NCBI GenBank assembly: GCA_965231045.1
Contig: OZ246406.1
Location: 250,228-314,227, forward strand
Direction of reading: 5' to 3'
Length of the DNA: 64,000 bases
From: an uncultured Candidatus Saccharibacteria bacterium
GTDB taxonomy: Bacteria > Patescibacteriota > Saccharimonadia > Saccharimonadales > JAGQNJ01
Part shown: positions 51,632-60,882 of the stretch, one piece after another
How the letters are laid out: every line of letters starts with the position of its first letter
Numbering within the stretch: position 1 is the first letter of the stretch
Made by a program: the position numbers and the translations under genes
Notes under the pieces: generated by a model
The model's input: only the letters and a program-made list of their open reading frames with translations
Database searches by the model: none
What the model was told of the DNA's origin: nothing

Positions 51632-54184
51632 ATGAGCAAACAGGTAAAACGACTCTTCGATCAATTTGATCCAACAAATTATCAGCTTAATTTAAGTCTC
51701 GACAAAACTAAAATGACTTTTTCGGGCATAGTTACAATAAGCGGCAAAAAGAAAGACCGACCATCACAGCGACTCACATTTCATCAGAAGGATTTAAACA
51801 TTTCTAAAGCCACCATTTCCTACAAAGGCAAAAAGGGTGTCGAAGAAAAAACTGTCGACAGAATTAATACTCAGAAATCTTACGACGAAGTTCGCTTACA
51901 CACCAAAGAGTTACTCTACCCTGGAGAATACATTGTAACTCTAGAGTTTAGCGGCGTAATCACCAAGCCAATGCATGGATTATATCCGTGTTATTTTCAA
52001 GATAAAGGCAAAGAAAAAATCATTTTGGCGACACAATTCGAAAGTCACCACGCACGCGAAGTTTTTCCGTGTATTGATGAGCCAGAAGCTAAAGCCACTT
52101 TTGACATGACCTTAACAGGCCCTAAAGGCGAGGCGGTCATTGCCAACACACCTATAAAATCTCAGAAACAAGCCGGCACAAATACAATCACTACGTTTGA
52201 GACAACTCCAAAAATGTCCTCTTACTTGCTAGCCTTCGTTGTAGGCGATCTTAAATATAAAGAAGCCAAAACTAAAGCTGGCGTAAAAGTTAGAGCCTAT
52301 GCCACACCTGATAAGGTTGATTTCACAGATTTCGGCCTAGACGTCGCCGTAAAGTGCTTGGATTTTTATAATGACTATTTTGGGCAACCATATCCGCTAG
52401 CCAAAAGTGATATGGTCGCGTTACCAGATTTTGCCTCGGGCGCTATGGAGAACTGGGGCTGCGTGACTTACCGCGAACAATGCATGCTAGTTGACCCTGC
52501 AAACACTAGCGTTGGGACCAAACAGTACGTTGCAATGGTAGTCGCCCACGAACTGGCTCACCAGTGGTTTGGAAACCTGGTTACAATGCGCTGGTGGACA
52601 GATCTTTGGCTTAACGAAGGATTTGCTAGCTGGGTTGAGTACCTGGCTGTTGATTACATATTCCCCGAGTGGCAAATGTGGACACAATTTACCGCTGAAG
52701 AACAACAAATAGCCTTTAGGCTCGATGCGCTTGATAATACTCACCCAATTGAAGTACCGATTAATCACCCGGATGAAATTCGATCAATTTTTGACACAAT
52801 CAGCTATAGCAAGGGGTCAAGTGTCATTCATATGCTGGAACACTATCTTGGAAGAGATGTGTTTCGGGACGGTCTAAGACATTACCTAAAGAAACATGCT
52901 TACGGGAATACAGACACTGTTGATCTATGGGAAGCTTTAGAGCAAATCAGCAAGAAACCAGTTAAGAATTTTATGCACGCCTGGACAAGTCAGTCAGGAT
53001 TCCCAATTGTTTCAGCAAACATCAGTCTTAGATCAGTCGGAGTCTCGCAGTCAAGGTTTATAGTTAGTGGTGCCAAAAGTACTGAAACGTGGCCGATTCC
53101 ACTACTTACAAATGAGGAAGTATTGTCAGACATCCTTTTCGATAAAAAGACGGCTCTGTACAAAACCCAAAATTCAACAAAGTTGCTTATAAATAGTGGT
53201 CGGAGTGGATTTTACCGCACAGTTTACAACTCCGAACATCTCCAGAATCTTACACAGATGATTAGTACTGGAGAGGTCGATGTACTAGACCGACTTGGAC
53301 TACTCTCGGACGTTTTTGAGGCGGCCAAAGCCGGTAACGGCTCCACTCTAGATGCTCTAAAACTACTGTCTAGTTATCAAGAAGAAGACAATGCGGCTGT
53401 CTGGGACGTAATTAGTGCTCAAGTGGCTGAACTTAGAGGGGTTATGGATGAAGAAGACCTTAGAGAAGCTATGAAGCCTTACATAAGATCGCTCGTGAAT
53501 CGTCAACTTGAACGATTAGGTTGGGACAAAAAACCAGATGAGCCTTACTTCGACACCTTGCTTAGGCCAACAATTCTAGGAATGGCGGCAGTAGCCGAGG
53601 AGCCATCGGTTGTAAATGGCGCCCTTGCCCGGTTTAAAGAGATGAAAAAGCCCGATGACATCCAGCCTGATCTTCGTGGCGTAATTTACACGACTGTCGC
53701 GCGAAACGGCGGCAAAACCGAGTTCGACAAACTTCTAAAAATTCACAATTCGTCTACAAATAGTGAAGAACGAACAACTATTGCAGCAGCTCTCACAAGT
53801 TTTAAGCAAGCAGACTTAGTAGATAGTTCTCTTAAACTTATTAACTCCGATACGGTTAGATTACAAGACGTGAGTTATTGGTTGCTCTATAGTTTTATGA
53901 ACCGACACGCCAAAGATAAGACTTGGTCATGGATGAAAACTAACTGGAAATGGCTATCAGACAATCTCGGCAATGATTTGAGTTTTCCCCGATTTCCGGT
54001 TTATGCAGCTAGATCATACAGTGATAAAACATTTCTTAAGGATTATTCAGCCTTCTTTAAAAAAGTTTCAGTGCCTGCGCTAGAGAGAGCTATAAAACAA
54101 GGCGATGAAATCATTCACTGGCACATAGACTGGAAAACACGTGACTATAAAGAAGTTTTAGATTATTTCAAATTGAATCAATAA
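51632..54184 (+). CDS. pepN: M1-family aminopeptidase (puromycin-sensitive/ERAP-like C-terminus)
   Basis: ATQFE, GAMENWG, HELAHQWFG-x-LWLNEGFA, YSKG. Confidence 0.93.
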   Translation: MSKQVKRLFDQFDPTNYQLNLSLDKTKMTFSGIVTISGKKKDRPSQRLTFHQKDLNISKATISYKGKKGVEEKTVDRINTQKSYDEVRLHTKELLYPGEYIVTLEFSGVITKPMHGLYPCYFQDKGKEKIILATQFESHHAREVFPCIDEPEAKATFDMTLTGPKGEAVIANTPIKSQKQAGTNTITTFETTPKMSSYLLAFVVGDLKYKEAKTKAGVKVRAYATPDKVDFTDFGLDVAVKCLDFYNDYFGQPYPLAKSDMVALPDFASGAMENWGCVTYREQCMLVDPANTSVGTKQYVAMVVAHELAHQWFGNLVTMRWWTDLWLNEGFASWVEYLAVDYIFPEWQMWTQFTAEEQQIAFRLDALDNTHPIEVPINHPDEIRSIFDTISYSKGSSVIHMLEHYLGRDVFRDGLRHYLKKHAYGNTDTVDLWEALEQISKKPVKNFMHAWTSQSGFPIVSANISLRSVGVSQSRFIVSGAKSTETWPIPLLTNEEVLSDILFDKKTALYKTQNSTKLLINSGRSGFYRTVYNSEHLQNLTQMISTGEVDVLDRLGLLSDVFEAAKAGNGSTLDALKLLSSYQEEDNAAVWDVISAQVAELRGVMDEEDLREAMKPYIRSLVNRQLERLGWDKKPDEPYFDTLLRPTILGMAAVAEEPSVVNGALARFKEMKKPDDIQPDLRGVIYTTVARNGGKTEFDKLLKIHNSSTNSEERTTIAAALTSFKQADLVDSSLKLINSDTVRLQDVSYWLLYSFMNRHAKDKTWSWMKTNWKWLSDNLGNDLSFPRFPVYAARSYSDKTFLKDYSAFFKKVSVPALERAIKQGDEIIHWHIDWKTRDYKEVLDYFKLNQ

Positions 54185-54509
54185 AGTTTGTAACTTCAAA
54201 TTGGTCACCAGAAATTTCAATTGCCGATAGCTGATATCCGCCATGCCACTTATTTTCACTGACCCAAAACTCAGCTGCAAAAGCCATTTGTTTTTGCTTT
54301 TTTGGGGTTATGTACTCCAGACCTGAACCATGAGCGTTAGACTGACGATATTTTACTTCTACAAAATATATAACTCCGTTTTGGCTGGCGATGACATCAA
54401 TCTCACAAAATCGGGTACGCCAGTTTTGTCCCAAAATATTGTAGCCCAACCTTTTTAGGTATTCGGCAGCAGCAGCCTCAGCTTGCCTCCCCGTAGTAAA
54501 AGTTGTCAT
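54168..54509 (-). CDS. YraN family (UPF0102) nuclease-like protein
   Basis: GRQAEAAAAEYL, EIDVIA, FVEVKYR; downstream of rnhB. Confidence 0.9.
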   Translation of the reverse strand: MTTFTTGRQAEAAAAEYLKRLGYNILGQNWRTRFCEIDVIASQNGVIYFVEVKYRQSNAHGSGLEYITPKKQKQMAFAAEFWVSENKWHGGYQLSAIEISGDQFEVTNFIDSI

Positions 54510-55060
54510 AGCAAAGCTTGAATTGGCTTATACGAAAGTCTGTGAATTGGTGAAACGCCAAATTGTTTTAACAGATCGCTATGAAGTTTTGTCCCATAAC
54601 CCACGTGTCTTTCAAACTGATATTCTGGGTAAACCTTGGCTAGATCTATCATCAAATTATCTCTCTTTACTTTGGCGAATATACTAGCAGCACTCACAAT
54701 TGGATACAAGCTATCAGCCTTAATTACCGTTTTAACTGACGTAAAGCTAATTGGACAATAGTTAATGTTTCCGTCCATGATAATTTCTTCGTTACTTTTG
54801 GCATTCAAAGCCGTCAAAGCTCTTTTTACAGCAAGCCTCATAGCTTCAGACAAGCCAAGTTGATCAATTTCATCGTGCTGAACCCAGCCTTCACCTAGCT
54901 CGCATGTCTGTTCAATGTCGTCAATGAGAAGCTCTCGACGTTTTTTTGTAATTAATTTCGAGTCCTTGAGGGATTTTGGCAAGTCTGATATTTGGCGTGC
55001 GGCAACAACCAACAAGGGTCCTGCCCAGCAACCACGTCCTACCTCATCAATCCCAATCAT
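54506..55060 (-). CDS. rnhB: ribonuclease HII
   Basis: GIDEVGRG, DSK, DG, AASIFAKV, GYGT, HRLSY. Confidence 0.95.
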   Translation of the reverse strand: MIGIDEVGRGCWAGPLLVVAARQISDLPKSLKDSKLITKKRRELLIDDIEQTCELGEGWVQHDEIDQLGLSEAMRLAVKRALTALNAKSNEEIIMDGNINYCPISFTSVKTVIKADSLYPIVSAASIFAKVKRDNLMIDLAKVYPEYQFERHVGYGTKLHSDLLKQFGVSPIHRLSYKPIQALL

Positions 55061-55139
55061 AGTAATATTATACTTCTTGTTTCTTATAGTAGTAATGCTA
55101 AACATCTGCTAAGCTAATAAAAAGTAAAGAAGGAACATT

Positions 55140-55565
55140 ATGGAACCACAAACTCCACCACAACAACCGACGACGCCACAACCAGCACCAATGCCTGCGG
55201 CACCAGCACCGACTCCACCACCACAACAACCTGCTGAACCACAACCAGCACCAATGCCTGCGGCACCAGCACCTGTTAGTACGGATCCTGGTAAAGGTTT
55301 GGGTATCGCTAGTCTTATCTTAGGTATTTTTGGGCTCGGCCTTATTGGGCTAATTTTAGGCATCATCGGTCATAACAAGTCCAAAAAAGCTGGCATGAAA
55401 AATGGGGTTGCCGTAGCCGGTATTATTGTCTCGATAATTTCGATAATAATTGGATTGGTCGTAGGCTCTCTTATTGTTTTCGGTGCTATGTCACTTGTTC
55501 AAAAGTGCCAAGAACTTGGCCCTGGTGTACACGAAGTAAACGGCACAACTTACACTTGCAATTAA
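55140..55565 (+). CDS. Pro-rich DUF4190-like membrane protein
   Basis: PQPAP repeats, then GIASLILGI...ILGIIG...AVAGII. Confidence 0.8.
   Translation: MEPQTPPQQPTTPQPAPMPAAPAPTPPPQQPAEPQPAPMPAAPAPVSTDPGKGLGIASLILGIFGLGLIGLILGIIGHNKSKKAGMKNGVAVAGIIVSIISIIIGLVVGSLIVFGAMSLVQKCQELGPGVHEVNGTTYTCN
55176..55273 (+). repeat. 35-bp exact direct repeat (63-bp period) encoding PQPAPMPAAPAP
   Basis: CCACAACCAGCACCAATGCCTGCGGCACCAGCACC at 55176-55210 and 55239-55273. Confidence 0.9.
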
Positions 55566-55566
55566 A

Positions 55567-55589
55567 AAGCCGCCAGTTTTAGGCGGCTT
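55567..55589. terminator. intrinsic terminator (probably bidirectional)
   Basis: AAGCCGCC-N7-GGCGGCTT between convergent rplS and the DUF4190-like gene. Confidence 0.8.
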
Positions 55590-55610
55590 CATTAACTATC
55601 TGGGAAAGAA

Positions 55611-56162
55611 TTAATCTTCCTTTTTGTCTTCTTCCTTGGCGTCAGTAGACTGTTCGTGTTGGGCTAATGCTGCTTCAACTTTTGCCTCTTCCTTGGCATC
55701 TTCTTCGGCCTTCTTGGCGGCTTCAGCTTCATGTTTTGCTTCAGCCTCAGCCTTCATCTTGGCTTCTTCAGCTTCAGCCTTTTCATCTCGAACGGAGTTC
55801 ACAGATTCTTTATCAAACTCAACGCCACTAAGTCGTGCTGATTTTCCGGTTCGTTTACGCATATAAGTAAGGTAATTGCGTCGTACTTTGCTTCGCTTAG
55901 TAACTTCTACCTTGGTTACAAGTGGAGAATGGAGTAAATAGGTCTTTTCAACGCCGATACCGCTGGCAACACGTCGTACTGTAACAGATGAAGTGTGACT
56001 GCCTTTGCGATCAGTTCGGATAACAAGTCCTTCAAAAACCTGAATACGTTCTTTGTTACCTTCTCGAATTTTTTGGTGAACACGCACAGTATCGCCAGAT
56101 CGTACATCTACGACTTGGCTTTTTTTGTACTTGGCGTTGATTTGCTCCATCGCTGTTGGCAT
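55611..56162 (-). CDS. rplS: 50S ribosomal protein L19 with long acidic/Ala-rich tail
   Basis: GDTVRVH, KERIQVFEG, GIGVEK, KVRRNYLTYMR. Confidence 0.96.
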   Translation of the reverse strand: MPTAMEQINAKYKKSQVVDVRSGDTVRVHQKIREGNKERIQVFEGLVIRTDRKGSHTSSVTVRRVASGIGVEKTYLLHSPLVTKVEVTKRSKVRRNYLTYMRKRTGKSARLSGVEFDKESVNSVRDEKAEAEEAKMKAEAEAKHEAEAAKKAEEDAKEEAKVEAALAQHEQSTDAKEEDKKED

Positions 56163-56207
56163 AACTAGACCATCCTACACTATTTTCAGATGTAATGCAA
56201 TAAGTTT

Positions 56208-56402
56208 CTATCTGTTATTACGTTTTATTCTTCGAACAATATCAATTATGTCAGCATCAGGAATCATATCAGGATCAATACCTCTATCTTCTGGGTAGCT
56301 TGTTTCCATTAGCTTACTCATTTCTTCACAAGATTCTGGAATGTTGGTTACCAATCTTATGGATTTTGATTCAACTTCAAATTCTGGCCCAGTTTCGCCC
56401 AC
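56208..56402 (-). CDS. small hypothetical protein
   Basis: 64 aa, GTG start after an AGAAAGG SD; TATAAT upstream. Confidence 0.4.
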   Translation of the reverse strand: MGETGPEFEVESKSIRLVTNIPESCEEMSKLMETSYPEDRGIDPDMIPDADIIDIVRRIKRNNR

Positions 56403-56446
56403 ATTTTCCTTTCTGATTTTTTTGACAATAGATTCCTATTATACAT

Positions 56447-56610
56447 AGCGCTTACGGCTTGTCTATATTCTGTTAAGTGAAAAGCAGTGAGTTGAGTACA
56501 ATAATCTAGTTATCTTTAGGAAATGTATAGTCCATACATTGACGAGAGAAACTTGGTTAGTGTGCTTACTCAATACTTTGAGGCTGGAATATAGGCAAGT
56601 TGCAAGTGCT
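56447..56610 (+). ncRNA. candidate structured ncRNA (6S-like long rod with central bubble)
   Basis: Outer stem pairs at 25 of 26 positions including 6 G-U; inner stems and an apical AATGTAT/ATACATT hairpin. Confidence 0.5.
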
Positions 56611-56628
56611 TAGTGATATGATGAGTAA

Positions 56629-57765
56629 ATGACAGATTTTGGCAAAAAGGCCCTCGATCAACACAAAAAGCTCAAAGGCAAACTAGCTATTAAACTTAAA
56701 GATAATCTTGATACTCAAGACAAGCTTAGTATTTACTACACACCCGGTGTTGGCACGGTATCTAGTTATGTTGCCGAACACCCCGATGAAGCTAGAGAAT
56801 ACACTTGGTTAAATAATTCCGCCGCGGTTATAAGTGATGGTTCAGCCGTTTTAGGGCTTGGTGACATTGGACCATATGGTGCACTACCTGTAATGGAAGG
56901 CAAATGCATGCTCTTTAAGCATTTTGCTGATATCGATGCAGTCCCGATCATATTAGATGTTCATTCGGCCGATGAGATTGTATCCGCAGTCAGAGCGATT
57001 GCTCCAAGTTTTGGGGCAATTAATTTAGAAGATATTGCAGCCCCGATATGCTTTGAAGTAGAAGAACGACTTAAAGCCGAGCTTCCTATACCAGTTTTTC
57101 ATGACGACCAACACGGGACAGCGGTAGTTGTGCTTGCAGGGCTAATCAATTCTATGAAGATAACTGGTCGTAAACTTTCTGATTGCCGAATTGTTTGTGT
57201 CGGTGCCGGAGCAGCAGGTACCGCCATCATCAAACTTTTATATAAGTATGCTAGCCCCGAGATCCTGGTCGTCGACAGTAAAGGAATAATCTCGAAAGAC
57301 CGTACTGACCTAAATGACGAGAAAAAGAAGTTACTAGACTTTACGAACCCACACAACATTAGTGGTAGTCCTGATGATGCGCTAAAAGGAGCCGATATAT
57401 TTATAGGTGTTTCCAAAGCCGGGCTTCTTGATGAGCATCATGTAAGGCTTATGGCCAAAGACCCGATAATCTTTGCTATGGCCAATCCAGTACCAGAGAT
57501 AATGCCTGATATTGCTCACAAAGCAGGTGTCGCAATCATGGCTACCGGCCGAAGCGATTTCCCTAATCAAGTTAACAATGCCCTAGCCTTCCCTGGTATA
57601 TTTCGTGGGGCACTTGATAACCGAGTTCGCAAAATTACAGATGAGAACAAAATTGCAGCCGCCGAAGTTATTGCTAATCTTGTTGATAGCCCGACTTCCG
57701 AAATGATAATACCGAGCGTTCTTGACGAGCGTTTAGTGCCATCAATTGCCAAAGTAATTACTTAG
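56629..57765 (+). CDS. NAD(P)-dependent malic enzyme
   Basis: YTPGV, DGSAVLGLGDIG, MEGK, NLEDI, HDDQHGTA, GAGAAG, ATGRSDFPNQVNN. Confidence 0.95.
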   Translation: MTDFGKKALDQHKKLKGKLAIKLKDNLDTQDKLSIYYTPGVGTVSSYVAEHPDEAREYTWLNNSAAVISDGSAVLGLGDIGPYGALPVMEGKCMLFKHFADIDAVPIILDVHSADEIVSAVRAIAPSFGAINLEDIAAPICFEVEERLKAELPIPVFHDDQHGTAVVVLAGLINSMKITGRKLSDCRIVCVGAGAAGTAIIKLLYKYASPEILVVDSKGIISKDRTDLNDEKKKLLDFTNPHNISGSPDDALKGADIFIGVSKAGLLDEHHVRLMAKDPIIFAMANPVPEIMPDIAHKAGVAIMATGRSDFPNQVNNALAFPGIFRGALDNRVRKITDENKIAAAEVIANLVDSPTSEMIIPSVLDERLVPSIAKVIT

Positions 57766-59366
57766 CCGATAACTCTATATACTTCTTCTAGTGTTGTCTC
57801 ACCGGCAATAACTTTGAGAATTCCGTCCTGCAACATAGTACGCATACCTGATTTAACGGCAGCATCCTCAATTTCTTGAGTTGATAGTCGCCTCCCTTCA
57901 GTCTGAAGTAATTTGGCTAGCTCTGGTGTCATTTTAAATTGCTCCCTGATTGGAACCTGGCCCCTGAAGCCGTACGGATTATCCGGTGATTTACCAGGCA
58001 CATATAACTTCAATCCGTTTAGGTCTGGTTTTTTCTCGGCACTAGGCAGGCTATCGACTACTTCTTGGATCCTTTTGATTGTCTCTTCATCGGGCTCGAC
58101 GGGTTGCTTGGTATTATCATCGAGTTTTCTAACTAGACGCTGAGCCATGACGAGTCGAATAGCTGATGCAAACAAAGGGTTCTCGCCGACAACATCCATA
58201 ATTCTCGTTAGCGCAGCCGCTGATGAGCTAGCGTGAAATGTCGCCAGTACCAGATGACCAGTTAGTGCCGCCTGCAGAGCAGTTTTTGCGGTGTCCAGAT
58301 CACGAATCTCGCCAACCATCACTACGTCTGGGTCAAGACGTAAAACAGCCCTAAGTTTGTCGGCAAACCCCGTCTCATCTGTACCATGCGTTGTCACTGG
58401 TATTTGCGTAACGCCCTCGAACTGATACTCAACCGGGTCTTCAATGGTTATTATTTTGCGTTCTTCACTGTTAAGAGTGTTTAGAATCGAGTATAGGGTG
58501 GTTGTTTTACCAGATCCAGTTGGTCCGACAACCATAACTAAACCTGCTGGTTTACTTACAATATCATCAACTACTTTACGTTCTGCTGGAGACAACTCTA
58601 ATTTATCTAGCGTATACATGCTCTGTTCCATGTTAAAGAGTCTCATAACAACGTCCATGCCATTAACGGTTGGTACAGTCTCAATACGCAGATTGACGTC
58701 AACCATAGTTCCATCAGCCATTTTGACCTTTTGCGAAATGTGTCCTTGCTGGGCATCTGGCGCACGAGTCGAAACATTTCCAGCACTAGCAATCGCCGAG
58801 ATTAATATATAAGCCTTTTGTGGGGAAAGTCTGGCTATTGGGTGCAACACCCCATCAATTCTTATACGAATTCTAGCGTATCCTCTCTGTTGCTCAAGGT
58901 GAATGTCAGACGCAGCCAGTTTATGAGCCTGCTGTACTAAATACGCCAACATATCATTAGCCCGAACTTGGCTCAGCGTTGCAGAAACACGCTCAATTAG
59001 ATCTTCTGTGCCAGCGTTAGTAAGCTCGATATCCTGATAGACTACCTGTTTGGGCGGATCATATAACTTCATATAATCTCTAAACCCAGAATCAGAAATA
59101 ATCCCGAACTCTAGCCTCTGATCCAAAAATCGCTGTTTCAAAGTTTCCAGCGTATTGTTTGATGTCGTGGTTGTGATTCCAAAAGTAATACTGCCACCGG
59201 TTGACTCAATTGGAATAACTTTCATGCTATACAGCTCAGGAACGGTCAACACGTCTTTAAATAGCTTCTTATCCTGAATTTCAGCTGTGTTAATATACTC
59301 CATACCAAGGGTACGAGCACGTTGCTGGGTTAACTGCTCTTCGTCACGTCGAGCGTCTTGACTCAT
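57762..59366 (-). CDS. GspE/PulE/PilB family type IV pilus assembly ATPase
   Basis: ASDIH, RIDGVL, GPTGSGKTTTLY, TIEDPVEY, LRLDPDVVMVGEIRD, TGHLV. Confidence 0.93.
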   Translation of the reverse strand: MSQDARRDEEQLTQQRARTLGMEYINTAEIQDKKLFKDVLTVPELYSMKVIPIESTGGSITFGITTTTSNNTLETLKQRFLDQRLEFGIISDSGFRDYMKLYDPPKQVVYQDIELTNAGTEDLIERVSATLSQVRANDMLAYLVQQAHKLAASDIHLEQQRGYARIRIRIDGVLHPIARLSPQKAYILISAIASAGNVSTRAPDAQQGHISQKVKMADGTMVDVNLRIETVPTVNGMDVVMRLFNMEQSMYTLDKLELSPAERKVVDDIVSKPAGLVMVVGPTGSGKTTTLYSILNTLNSEERKIITIEDPVEYQFEGVTQIPVTTHGTDETGFADKLRAVLRLDPDVVMVGEIRDLDTAKTALQAALTGHLVLATFHASSSAAALTRIMDVVGENPLFASAIRLVMAQRLVRKLDDNTKQPVEPDEETIKRIQEVVDSLPSAEKKPDLNGLKLYVPGKSPDNPYGFRGQVPIREQFKMTPELAKLLQTEGRRLSTQEIEDAAVKSGMRTMLQDGILKVIAGETTLEEVYRVIG

Positions 59367-59443
59367 GACTATATTTAAGCATAAGCACCCCTTGATGCAC
59401 AAAACTTTCGTGTCAGAGACATCTATCTGCTAAGCTAGCATTT

Positions 59444-59944
59444 ATGAGAGACATACGATTAATAGCTCATAACTTGAGGAGTACTCATAATGTTGGTTCA
59501 TTACTCAGAACTTGTGAAGGACTAGGCATATCAAAAGTCTACTTAACCGGTTATACGCCCTATCCATTATTAAAAGCTGATGAGCGACTTCCCCACATAG
59601 CCAATAAACTTCATAAACAAATCCATAAAACAGCTCTAGACGCCGAAACGATAATTAAGTGGGAACATACTAGTGATATTGAAGCATTGCTAGCAAATCT
59701 GGCAGAGTCAGGATTTGAGATTATTGGGCTAGAACAAAATACTGAATCAATAAAACTACCTGATTACACACCAAGCGACAAAGTCGCAATAGTTGTTGGA
59801 CGTGAAGTCGAGGGAATAGAGTCTGAATTGCTCGATAAATGCGATAAAGTTGTAGAAATTCCAATGTTTGGTAAAAAAGAATCCTTTAATGTTGTTCAGG
59901 CTGCCGCAATGACGCTTTATCATTGCACATTTTATCCATTTTAG
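59444..59944 (+). CDS. TrmH/SpoU family RNA methyltransferase
   Basis: HNVGSLLRT, GREVEGI, IPMFGKKESFNV. Confidence 0.92.
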   Translation: MRDIRLIAHNLRSTHNVGSLLRTCEGLGISKVYLTGYTPYPLLKADERLPHIANKLHKQIHKTALDAETIIKWEHTSDIEALLANLAESGFEIIGLEQNTESIKLPDYTPSDKVAIVVGREVEGIESELLDKCDKVVEIPMFGKKESFNVVQAAAMTLYHCTFYPF

Positions 59945-59958
59945 TTTACAATATGCTT

Positions 59959-60882
59959 ATGCCTACACAAGGCGTGGTAAGGCGTGACAAAAGAAGTCAT
60001 TCGAACTTGCGCCCAAAACACAAACACACCAAACAGTACCTAAAACATTACTGGCCTTATTTACCGCTGGTGACTTTAGTATTGGTTGGTTTATGGATGT
60101 TCCGTCCTGTTCTTTTCAAGACATCAAATAAGAGTGTTCTGGCAGTTTCAACAAATGTAAGCAGTAGTGGCTTACTATCAGCTACAAATAAACAACGTGC
60201 CGCGAACAAAGCACCAGCTCTTCATATCAATGATAAATTGAATGCTGCAGCCCAAGCCAAAGCACAAGACATGGTAAACCGTAACTATTGGTCGCACAAC
60301 ACACCAGATGGTAGTCCGCCATGGTCATTTATCATAAATAGTGGCTATCAGTATCAAAAAGCTGGTGAGAACCTGGCATACGGTTTTATAACAAGTGATG
60401 ATGCAATAACTGGATGGATGAATAGCCCAAGTCATAGAGAAAACTTACTTGATAAAGATTTTGTTGATGTTGGTTTTGGCACAGCAAACAGCCCTGACTT
60501 TAATCATACTGGGCCTTCTACAGTTATTGTTGCCATGTATGGCCGTTCAACCAGTGAGACACCGCTTTTAACAGCTACTGGGCAAGGTTCAGAACCCCTA
60601 AGCTACACTACAACTGAAAAAGAGGCTTCAGCTGTAAAGCCTAAAGCTGTTAGCAAGGTTGACCTTCTAATTAGTAGCCGATACACCTGGCTTACGTCAG
60701 CTATAAGTTTTGTTGTTGGAGCCGCGCTAACCTTGTTTATTATTAAACACCTTGTAGGTATTAAAAAAGCCCTGAAAAAAGGTGAAAAATTTGCCATTAC
60801 CCATCCTATGCTTGATGTTGTATTAGTAAGTATCATAGTTATTGGCCTCGTTGTAACACGACAAGTTGGTGTTATCCTCTAA
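59959..60882 (+). CDS. CAP (SCP) domain membrane protein
   Basis: TNKQR, AAQAKAQDM, YWSH, AGENLA, WMNSPSHRENLL; flanking TM segments. Confidence 0.9.
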   Translation: MPTQGVVRRDKRSHSNLRPKHKHTKQYLKHYWPYLPLVTLVLVGLWMFRPVLFKTSNKSVLAVSTNVSSSGLLSATNKQRAANKAPALHINDKLNAAAQAKAQDMVNRNYWSHNTPDGSPPWSFIINSGYQYQKAGENLAYGFITSDDAITGWMNSPSHRENLLDKDFVDVGFGTANSPDFNHTGPSTVIVAMYGRSTSETPLLTATGQGSEPLSYTTTEKEASAVKPKAVSKVDLLISSRYTWLTSAISFVVGAALTLFIIKHLVGIKKALKKGEKFAITHPMLDVVLVSIIVIGLVVTRQVGVIL

